DNA of 64,000 bases from Spirochaetia bacterium (GTDB lineage: Bacteria > Spirochaetota > Spirochaetia > DSM-2461): positions 2,016,001 through 2,080,000 of the forward strand of contig OY764216.1 in the NCBI GenBank assembly GCA_963668315.1. Direction: 5' to 3'. How positions within the stretch are numbered: the first letter of the stretch is position 1; the number at the start of each line of letters is the position of its first letter. The translations under genes and the position numbers were made by a program. The notes beneath the pieces were generated by a model, which worked only from the letters and a program-made list of their open reading frames with translations, ran no database searches and had not been told where the DNA came from. Positions 56,808-64,000 of this stretch are shown here, piece by piece.

Positions 56808-58439
56808 ATGACAGACATGATTGTTCTCGGCGACGAAGCTGTTGCACTGGGAGCCTTGGACGGTGGCATATCCAGCGCCTACGGTTATCCGGGAACTCCT
56901 TCGACAGAGATTATGGAGTACCTTCAGGAGGTACGGGAGAAAAAGGGCAAACCCTATGCCGTGTGGTGTTCCAACGAAAAGACCGCCTACGAAGAGGCCC
57001 TGGGAGCCAGTTATGCGGGCAAACGGGTCCTGGTCACCATGAAGCATGTGGGGCTGAATGTGGCGGCCGACGCCTTTATGAATTCCGCCCTTCTGGAAAT
57101 TAAGGGGGGGCTGGTCCTGGCCGTTGCCGACGATCCGAGCATGCACTCATCGCAGAATGAGCAGGACAGCCGGTATTTCGCCGATTTCGCCCGGATCATC
57201 TGCCTGGAACCGGTGAATCAGCAGCAGGCCTATGATATGACCAAGGGGGCTTTCGCCCTGTCCGAAGAGATGGGCGTACCCGTTATGATCCGTCTTGTCA
57301 CGCGCCTGTCCCACTCTCGTGCGGCGATCAGCCGGGGGGATTCCCTTCGGGAGAATCCTCTGGAAAAGGCTCCCAACAAGATGAACTGGATGCTTCTTCC
57401 CGCCAATGCCCGCCGGCTCTGGAACGATCTCATGGCACGTCAGGCCGCTTTCAAAGGCCGGAGCGAAGAGACCGATATGAACCCCCTCTCCCTGGAGGAG
57501 GGCGCTAAAACCGGTATTATCACATCGGGACTGGCCTATAATTATTTTATGGAGAACAGGCCGGAAATGGCCGGACCCGTTTCTCATCTCCACGTGGGGT
57601 TTTACCCCTATCCCGAAGAGAAGATCAGAACCCTGGCCGCTTCTGTGGATAAGCTGATTATCCTGGAGGAGGGCGTTCCTTTTATCGAGCGCTATCTGAG
57701 AGGCATTCTGCCCCAGAGCAAGGATATCTCCGGGAGAATCGACGGCGCCGCTCCTCTCACGGGGGAACTCAATCCCGATAACGTCAGATCTATCCTCGGA
57801 CTTAAGCCGAGGGAATTCGCCGCAGACGTGGATAAAGGGCTTGCCAGCAGACCTCCCCAGCTCTGCAAAGGCTGTCCCCACGAGGATACCTACAGCTTTA
57901 TCACGGAAGCCCGTAAAGCCTTCGAGGACAGTATCTGCACCAGCGATATAGGCTGCTACGCCCTGGGGGCTCTCCCCCCCTATTCGGCCTGCGAGACCAT
58001 TATCTGCATGGGCGCTTCCATAACCGCCGCCAAGGGCGCCGCTGAAGCGGGCAGCCGGGCCGTATGCGCCGTTATCGGAGACAGCACTTTCTTCCATTCC
58101 GGCATGACCGGTCTTGTGGACTGCGTGTCCCATCAGGCGCCGGTTACCGTGGTCATAGTGGATAACGAGACGGTGGGAATGACGGGAGGCCAGGAGACGA
58201 TCCTTCCCTCTTCCCGCCTGGAAAAAGTCGTTCTGGGGCTGGGTATCGAGAAAGAGCACCTTCACGTGGTTCATACCCACAGGAAGGAGCATCAGAATAA
58301 TGTGGAAATCATGAAAAAGGAAATGGCCTATCAGGGGCCTTCCGTTATCATCGCCGCACGGGACTGTATCGAGCATGCCCGGAAGGAGCTCGCCAAGGCC
58401 AGGAAAGCCGGCAAGGCGGCCGAGGAGGGTCAGGCATGA
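56808..58439 (+). CDS. iorA: Indolepyruvate:ferredoxin oxidoreductase alpha subunit
   Basis: GYPGTPSTEI, NEKTA, MKHVGLNVAAD, SSQNEQD, RPPQLCKGCPH, DIGCY, GDSTF. Confidence 0.93.
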   Translation: MTDMIVLGDEAVALGALDGGISSAYGYPGTPSTEIMEYLQEVREKKGKPYAVWCSNEKTAYEEALGASYAGKRVLVTMKHVGLNVAADAFMNSALLEIKGGLVLAVADDPSMHSSQNEQDSRYFADFARIICLEPVNQQQAYDMTKGAFALSEEMGVPVMIRLVTRLSHSRAAISRGDSLRENPLEKAPNKMNWMLLPANARRLWNDLMARQAAFKGRSEETDMNPLSLEEGAKTGIITSGLAYNYFMENRPEMAGPVSHLHVGFYPYPEEKIRTLAASVDKLIILEEGVPFIERYLRGILPQSKDISGRIDGAAPLTGELNPDNVRSILGLKPREFAADVDKGLASRPPQLCKGCPHEDTYSFITEARKAFEDSICTSDIGCYALGALPPYSACETIICMGASITAAKGAAEAGSRAVCAVIGDSTFFHSGMTGLVDCVSHQAPVTVVIVDNETVGMTGGQETILPSSRLEKVVLGLGIEKEHLHVVHTHRKEHQNNVEIMKKEMAYQGPSVIIAARDCIEHARKELAKARKAGKAAEEGQA

Positions 58440-59011
58440 AGTACGATATCATTCTTTGCGGAGTAGGGGGGCAGGGTGTCCTCTCTCTGGCGGCCATCAT
58501 CGCCATGGCGGCCAAGGAAGAGGGACTTAACGTCCGTCAGGCCGAAGTTCACGGTATGGCACAGCGGGGCGGAGCGGTCATGTCCCATCTTCGCATATCC
58601 GACGATACGATCTATTCCGACCTCGTCAGCAAGGGGGGAGCGGATCTGATCCTCTCCATGGAACCCCTGGAGTCCCTTCGCTATACCGACTATCTCAAGC
58701 CCGACGGCGTGGTGGTGACTTCCTCCGTTCCCTTTATCAATATCTCCAACTACCCTTCGGAAGAAGAGGTTTTCGGCAAGGTCAGGGCTCTTCCCAAATC
58801 GGTCCTGATCGATTCCAAAGAGCTGGCCAAAGAGGCGGGAAACCCCAAAGCGGGAAATATGATCATGGTGGGAGGCGCTTCGGCTTTTCTGCCTTTGAGC
58901 AAGGATTCCCTGGAAAAAGCCGTTTCACAGCTTTTCGGCCGGAAAGGTCAGGAGATCGTGGCCAAAAATATCGAAGCCCTGGAAATGGGCGCCCGGGCGG
59001 CGGAGAAATAG
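58436..59011 (+). CDS. iorB: Indolepyruvate oxidoreductase beta subunit
   Basis: GVGGQG, EVHGMAQRGG; ATGA overlap with iorA. Confidence 0.93.
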   Translation: MKYDIILCGVGGQGVLSLAAIIAMAAKEEGLNVRQAEVHGMAQRGGAVMSHLRISDDTIYSDLVSKGGADLILSMEPLESLRYTDYLKPDGVVVTSSVPFINISNYPSEEEVFGKVRALPKSVLIDSKELAKEAGNPKAGNMIMVGGASAFLPLSKDSLEKAVSQLFGRKGQEIVAKNIEALEMGARAAEK

Positions 59012-59014
59012 TTT

Positions 59015-59791
59015 GTGGAACTCCTCGATGCCTCGCTGAACGCTTTACTTCACCGCCCCCTGACCGGGGGTGAATGGATCATTCTTATCGGCGGAGCCTT
59101 TCTCATCGGTTTGAACAAGGCCGGGCTTCGGGGAGTGAATATTGTCCTCATCCCATTTTTTGCCGCCATTCTGGGGGGGAAGACTTCGGCATCGGTGATT
59201 CTTCCCCTGCTTCTGACGGGGGATGTCTGTGCCCTTGCCGTCTATCGGAAAAAGGCGGAGTTATCCTACCTGAGGAAAATGCTGCCCCTGGCCGTGGCCG
59301 GGCTGGCGGCGGGAATGATCATCGGGATTCATGTTGACGACCGGGTTTTCATCCTGCTGATCGCCTGTTTCGTTCTGGTCTGCCTGATCCTGATGGCCTA
59401 CCGGGAGGTTTTCGGTTCCGGCCTGGTTCTGCCCGATCACTGGGCGGCCCACGGAACGGCCGGTTTTCTGGGGGGGCTCACGACGATGATGGGAAATGCG
59501 GCCGGACCGATTATGGCGGCCTATCTGCTGGCGCTGAATCTTCCCAAGGATGTTTTCATAGGGACGGGCGCCGTATTTTTCTTTATCGTCAATGTTCTCA
59601 AAGTTCCCGTCCATGCCTTTTTCTGGAAGTCCATGACCGGAGATACCCTTGTTCTCTCCGCCGTGTTGGCCCCCGTCGTATTGGTCGGTATGTTTACCGG
59701 TCTGCCCCTCATCAGGAGAATTCCCGAAAAACCCTTCCGCATCATTATTATGCTTACCGCCGCCGCCGGTTCGATCAAGCTCTTTTTCTGA
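59015..59791 (+). CDS. TauE/SafE (TSUP) family exporter
   Basis: About 8 TMs; GLNKAG and GNAAGP motifs. Confidence 0.85.
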   Translation: MELLDASLNALLHRPLTGGEWIILIGGAFLIGLNKAGLRGVNIVLIPFFAAILGGKTSASVILPLLLTGDVCALAVYRKKAELSYLRKMLPLAVAGLAAGMIIGIHVDDRVFILLIACFVLVCLILMAYREVFGSGLVLPDHWAAHGTAGFLGGLTTMMGNAAGPIMAAYLLALNLPKDVFIGTGAVFFFIVNVLKVPVHAFFWKSMTGDTLVLSAVLAPVVLVGMFTGLPLIRRIPEKPFRIIIMLTAAAGSIKLFF

Positions 59792-60452
59792 TCACCCCCG
59801 TATAGAACAATAGAAGCGCGGCTCCCCCGAATATCCGGGCCGGCTTATCATGCAGGAACAGGGTCGCCGGAGAAAGAACGATACAGAGGGCCCTGTAAGA
59901 CGAAGGGAGCACTTGGCTCAGAACCGGCGGAACGATCAAAAGGGAGGTCAGCTTCGCCAGGGTGAGGCCCTGAACTCTGTTTTTTCCCCATCGGGCCATG
60001 ACGGTTGTGATAAAAGGGCCCAGAAGGGAGGAACCCCAGAAGGGGAGCGGACTCTCCCCGAGGGAATCGTAGAGTAAGCCGTCGCCCAGCCAGAGCAGGG
60101 TATTTATGGAAAATCCCGCTGCCAGGCTCAGAAAAAGCCGGCTGTCCAGAAGGGCCTTTTTCCCCGGAGGCGTGACCTGCAGCTGGGGAACCAATCCCTT
60201 TTCCTTTTCATCAAGAATCAGAAAACCGGTTATCCAGCCGGCCATCACTCCTCCGAACAGGGGGAGAATCCTTCTCAGAAGTCCGCCTGTTTTCAGACTG
60301 TCCGTTTCGAAGGGCAGATAGCGGAGAGGATCGCACATATGAAAAAGCTTCACCGCGGCGGCCAGGAGAAGGGGCAGAACCAGGATGAGCATCAGGAGGG
60401 TGTCCCGGGAGAGAAGCTTGAGATCTTTGCGGATTAGGGCGGTATTAATCAT
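59775..60452 (-). CDS. ABC-2 type exporter permease
   Basis: LDEKEKG…VTP and NRVQGL motifs; about 6 TMs. Confidence 0.75.
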   Translation of the reverse strand: MINTALIRKDLKLLSRDTLLMLILVLPLLLAAAVKLFHMCDPLRYLPFETDSLKTGGLLRRILPLFGGVMAGWITGFLILDEKEKGLVPQLQVTPPGKKALLDSRLFLSLAAGFSINTLLWLGDGLLYDSLGESPLPFWGSSLLGPFITTVMARWGKNRVQGLTLAKLTSLLIVPPVLSQVLPSSYRALCIVLSPATLFLHDKPARIFGGAALLLFYTGVIRKRA

Positions 60453-61194
60453 GGAGTCGCCTCCGGTGCTGGGGGGATTTGTCCCTGCGCGCCCCTCCGA
60501 GAAGCTTTCCTATGTCCCTTCGGCAGAGAGAAAAGAGAAGGGCCGTCTCGGCCAGACTTATCAATCCCGTGGTGAACAGATCCCGGGGAGAGTAAATTTC
60601 CGGCGCGGCTGTTCCCAGGGCCAGGCGGAAAAACTGGAGGGCGCTTCTCGTGGGGAGGTAGACGGGAAAGGTCCTGAAGGGCAGGAGTTCCAGAAAGGGA
60701 AGGAAAAAGAGGGTCATCATTAATCCTCCGAGAATAAGAAAGGAGATCACGTCTTTGAAGCGGAGGGACAGGGCTATGCCTGCCAGGGTAAAGAAGGGCG
60801 CGGAGAGGACGAGTCCCGGAACAAGCCAGAAGAACCGGAGGTCCGGGGCAGCGGAGGAGACAAGAATAACCAGGCTGAGGAGAAGGGAAAGGCCCAGGAA
60901 CGAGAGTACGCGGCTCATAAGGTAGGTCTCCACCTTCAGCGGGGTAATAAAGAGGGAAGGGAGAATCTCCCTTTCGGTATACAGAATAACTCCGGAGAAG
61001 AAAAATCCCAGAACGGTCGGATCGGAAAGGAGGAGGAGGGTGGCGGTAATTCTTCTGGCGGAAAGGGGAAGGAGCCGGAGCAGAAGTATGAACAGAGAGG
61101 CAAAAAACAGATAAAGGAAGTAGATCCCCTGCTGTCCCTGAAATCTGATGTCCTGACGGATAAAGGCGGACAACTGGCCTGTCGAAACCTTCAC
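60445..61194 (-). CDS. ABC-2 type exporter permease (fluoroquinolone-exporter-like)
   Basis: DIRFQ, DPTVLGFFFSG, LFITPL…YL motifs. Confidence 0.75.
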   Translation of the reverse strand: MKVSTGQLSAFIRQDIRFQGQQGIYFLYLFFASLFILLLRLLPLSARRITATLLLLSDPTVLGFFFSGVILYTEREILPSLFITPLKVETYLMSRVLSFLGLSLLLSLVILVSSAAPDLRFFWLVPGLVLSAPFFTLAGIALSLRFKDVISFLILGGLMMTLFFLPFLELLPFRTFPVYLPTRSALQFFRLALGTAAPEIYSPRDLFTTGLISLAETALLFSLCRRDIGKLLGGARRDKSPQHRRRLHD

Positions 61195-62060
61195 TATTCC
61201 GCCTCGGAGCTAAGGGAGCGTCCGGTCACTTCAATGAACGTCTCTTCCAGAGTCGTCTCTCTGCTGTGAACGGCGGCCACGGTTCCCGATTCCATGAGAG
61301 TCGTAAACCGTTCGTTTTTGTGAAAATCTTTGAAAGGCAGTCTCTCTTCGCGGTAGCCCCCCGAAGCCCGGCAGGTCAGGACTAGCTCCTTTTCGTTTTT
61401 TCTGTTGCGGATATTAATCGGTTCGTCGCACAGGGCAATCTTTCCGTCGTTCAGAAACGCCACCCTGTCGCACAGCTGGTCGGCGGTCTCCATGTTGTGG
61501 GTGGTCAGGAAAATCGTTTTGCCCCTCTCCCGCTGTTCGCTGATAATATCTCTGACTTTCCTGGCCAGGGCGGGATCTAGCCCCGAGGTCGGCTCGTCCA
61601 GAAAAAGAATCTCCGGGTCATGAACCAGAGCCCGGCAGAGATTGAGGCGGACTATCATGCCCTTCGAGTAGGTCTCGGTCTTTCTGTCCGCCCCTTCTGA
61701 AAGATCCACCGAAGCAAGAAGGGAATCTATCTCAGGTGCGGAGACTCCGTACAAACGGGCGAAGAAGGCGAGGTTCTCCCGGCCCGTCAGCTTGCCGTAG
61801 AAGCGGGGAACATCGAAGGCGACGCCCAGGCGGCTGTAGAATCCCGGTTCACGGGGATTCATCGGCCTCCCGTCGTAGAGTATCCGGCCGCCGTAACCGG
61901 TGAGGAGACCCATGAGAATTTTCTGGGTCGTGCTTTTTCCCGCGCCCGAAGGACCGAGAAATCCGAATACCGTACCTTTCGGAAGGGAAAAATCCAGTCC
62001 CTTGAGCACGGGAGTATCCGAACCGACGTAGGTATAGGTCAAACCGCTTACGTCTATCAT
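61194..62060 (-). CDS. ABC exporter ATP-binding protein
   Basis: GPSGAGKST, YSKGM, FLDEPTSGLDP. Start MIDVS at 62060 (ATGA overlap with tetR). Confidence 0.93.
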   Translation of the reverse strand: MIDVSGLTYTYVGSDTPVLKGLDFSLPKGTVFGFLGPSGAGKSTTQKILMGLLTGYGGRILYDGRPMNPREPGFYSRLGVAFDVPRFYGKLTGRENLAFFARLYGVSAPEIDSLLASVDLSEGADRKTETYSKGMIVRLNLCRALVHDPEILFLDEPTSGLDPALARKVRDIISEQRERGKTIFLTTHNMETADQLCDRVAFLNDGKIALCDEPINIRNRKNEKELVLTCRASGGYREERLPFKDFHKNERFTTLMESGTVAAVHSRETTLEETFIEVTGRSLSSEAE

Positions 62061-62653
62061 GGCAGCAGCCCCCTTGTAAGAATACCCGCCAGCTGTCCGG
62101 CATAGCGGGAGAAATCGGTACTGATCGTGTCCCTGTGCTCGGAAAGGAAGAAGAGACTGCGGAAAAGAGAAGCCAGATCCTCGGCCGTGCAGCGGCATTC
62201 TCCTCCCAATTCACTGATTTTCCCGAGGACCCGCTTCATCCTGCGGGTATCTTCCCCATTCATAAGCTCTTTTTCCTCATCGGCCAGAACGGACATGATT
62301 CTTTCCTTCGAAGGGGTTTCAAACCACGCCCGCAGCAGGGGAAAGCGGGAGAAGGCATTAAGGGCCAGGTCCATTAGACCGGAGAGAAGTTCTTCCGGGG
62401 TTGAGGCCCCATCTATCAGGGGGCCGATGACTTTTTCGTCAATCTCTCCTTCAAGATCGGCCAGACAGGCGATAAAGAGGGTTTCCTTATTGGGAAAAAA
62501 ACGGTAGAAGCTGCCCTTGGCTATTCCGCAGGCGTTCACAATTTTATCCAGGGACGTCTTGTCGTAACCGAAGCGGGCAAAGAGTGCGCTTCCTTCTCGG
62601 ATCAGTTTAAATGCTATTTCTTCTTTTTCTTTTTCCGTAAAACCCCGCGGCAT
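62057..62653 (-). CDS. TetR/AcrR-family regulator
   Basis: LFARFGYDKTS…GIAKGSFYRFFPNKE HTH. Confidence 0.92.
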   Translation of the reverse strand: MPRGFTEKEKEEIAFKLIREGSALFARFGYDKTSLDKIVNACGIAKGSFYRFFPNKETLFIACLADLEGEIDEKVIGPLIDGASTPEELLSGLMDLALNAFSRFPLLRAWFETPSKERIMSVLADEEKELMNGEDTRRMKRVLGKISELGGECRCTAEDLASLFRSLFFLSEHRDTISTDFSRYAGQLAGILTRGLLP

Positions 62654-62666
62654 GATCCTTTCCTTG

Positions 62667-62718
62667 TGACTATATGACTAATATAGTAAATATAGTCATT
62701 AAATAGAAGAATTGTCAA
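62667..62718 (-). promoter_or_regulatory. Promoter and TetR operator
   Basis: TTGACA(62718-62713)-18 nt-TATATT. Inverted repeats ATGACTA(62674)…TAGTCAT(62699) and TGACTATA/TATAGTCA. Confidence 0.7.
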
Positions 62719-62812
62719 GCTTCCGGGATGGAAACAGTACTTTCGTACGGTGCGGCTGAGAGTTTTGCCTTCTATAATTGACCCGCATAAATGCGAAAGA
62801 AGGAGATATGAA

Positions 62813-63166
62813 ATGAAAAGAATTATGACGGGCCTATTGATTTTACTGCTGCCTTTAGTTTTTGCGGGATGTCCCAGTCCGGGAGGAAGCAGCGCATCTG
62901 GTACAGAATATTCTAAACTGGTTGTAGTTAACGATACCGATTATACGGGACTTTCCGTATATATGCGTGCTCCCGGCACTTCCGATTGGGGACCGAACTT
63001 GCTTTACCAATGCTATGATGATGGCCGTATCCCGGCCCATAGTTCCTGCGTCATTGAGAATATAGAATTCGGGACCTATGATCTGCACGCCTATATTTTC
63101 GGTAATTTTTACAGATATAATGTTACCTTTGACAATGAGGCGGGAATGGAGTGGGGATTCTACTGA
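62813..63166 (+). CDS. Small hypothetical lipoprotein
   Basis: AGGAG SD; lipobox FAGC; VVVNDT…DWGPNLL beta-sandwich-like sequence. Confidence 0.7.
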   Translation: MKRIMTGLLILLLPLVFAGCPSPGGSSASGTEYSKLVVVNDTDYTGLSVYMRAPGTSDWGPNLLYQCYDDGRIPAHSSCVIENIEFGTYDLHAYIFGNFYRYNVTFDNEAGMEWGFY

Positions 63167-63203
63167 TCATCATTCATTCCGCTCAATTACTGCGTCCTCC
63201 AGT

Positions 63204-63797
63204 TCAGAGGCCAGCCTGAGAATCTGATGGGGAATCCGATTCTCGGGCTGCAAGCCTGTCGAATACGGTGGTGTATCCGACTCTCGAGATAAGCTCTATT
63301 ACTCTTTTCCCATTGACTTCCGCCGATGTTCTGAATGTGTCAATCTCCAGATCATAGGGGCTCCAGCTGTGTATTCCCTCTTCTATGTGCGATCTGCCTT
63401 CCCCGATATACCGGTCTCCCCGCCTGATTTCTCTTTTGCATAGTTCATCAATCGGGCAATCGACCTTTATGAAATATACCTTGTGATCCTGTAACAGTCC
63501 TGCCAGGAAAAGGAACCAATCCTCCCGTTCTATAACATGTTCCACGATCATATTGTTGCCGCCATCGGCGAATGCCCTAATGCTCCTGTGGAATCCTTCG
63601 AAAAATCCCGGGCGGATCACGTTCCAGGAGTTGGTTTTATTGTCAACGGTTCTATCGACTTCGGGTAATATCCCGGATGCGACGAGTTTGTCCGAGGAAT
63701 AGTTAAAATACGGTTCCGGGAGCCTGGGAATGAGACTTTTGATGAATGTTGACTTTCCTGAGCTGCTTGCCCCGTTAAAGAGAAGGATTTTTGACAT
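63204..63797 (-). CDS. Chloramphenicol phosphotransferase (CPT)-like P-loop kinase
   Basis: LFNGASSSGKST, NMIVEHV, VDCP…REIRRGDR, YDLEIDT. Confidence 0.8.
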   Translation of the reverse strand: MSKILLFNGASSSGKSTFIKSLIPRLPEPYFNYSSDKLVASGILPEVDRTVDNKTNSWNVIRPGFFEGFHRSIRAFADGGNNMIVEHVIEREDWFLFLAGLLQDHKVYFIKVDCPIDELCKREIRRGDRYIGEGRSHIEEGIHSWSPYDLEIDTFRTSAEVNGKRVIELISRVGYTTVFDRLAARESDSPSDSQAGL

Positions 63798-64000
63798 TTA
63801 TTGCCGCTCCATAGGTTTCGGTTCAGTTAAAAGGGTTGATGTTTCTTTAATGATTTCTAGGGCCCTTTCTCTGTCTTTGTGAACCGTTACCAATTTGTGA
63901 TCTCCATCACCTCTGACAAAGACACCGATAACCGTTACAGGCACCTCATCGCCGAGCTCATAATCTTCTTCCGTCATCACTATGGCATCTAAATGAGGAT
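63798..64000 (-). CDS. Inorganic pyrophosphatase-like protein (5' end outside the window)
   Basis: PHLDAIV…VIGVFVRGDGDHKLV resembles the family I PPase D-x-D and DxK motifs. Confidence 0.5.
   Translation of the reverse strand, partial: PHLDAIVMTEEDYELGDEVPVTVIGVFVRGDGDHKLVTVHKDRERALEIIKETSTLLTEPKPMERQ

Noticed and set aside
57147..58376. 409-aa minus-strand ORF and similar long antisense ORFs (e.g. 1331-2329, 33455-34339, 46594-47634)
   Set aside because: Antisense shadows of well-supported genes, expected with GC-biased codon usage.

Overview
Gene-dense 64 kb bacterial chromosomal segment, most likely from a free-living Spirochaetaceae-type organism. That assignment is inferred from the many lipoproteins, the 'ANGxxD'-type solute-binding leader, the HisE with a degenerate HisI N-terminus and the FecR/M23 genes; it was not verified by search. 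Contents in order: a TolC-MFP-ATPase-permease (MacAB-like) efflux operon with a divergent two-component system (TCS); an ArsR/SmtB-regulated metal permease carrying an HMA domain; housekeeping and accessory enzymes; a second TCS with a divergent CpxP/Spy-like lipoprotein; an arsR-arsP-arsC-thioredoxin cluster; an AT-richer galactoside ABC/GH42/TCS locus; two Fe-S aldo-keto reductases headed by an orphan antitoxin-like gene; a MerR-type promoter before an alpha/beta hydrolase; an AT-rich decaying lipoprotein region with two disrupted genes; hflX; M23 and FecR genes; a TRAP transporter with a membrane-anchored AraC regulator; tRNA-Phe; a PKD surface-lipoprotein cluster; iorAB; a TetR-ABC exporter; and a CPT-like kinase. 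I saw no CRISPR array, integrase, transposase or rRNA. The best leads are a possible nested CopZ-like chaperone translated from inside the metal permease, an antitoxin-like gene apparently heading a redox operon without a toxin, a 21-bp tandem operator paired with a multi-TM AraC regulator, widespread leaderless promoters, and a lipoprotein peptidase split by one in-frame stop. All protein calls come from motif recognition, not database searches.
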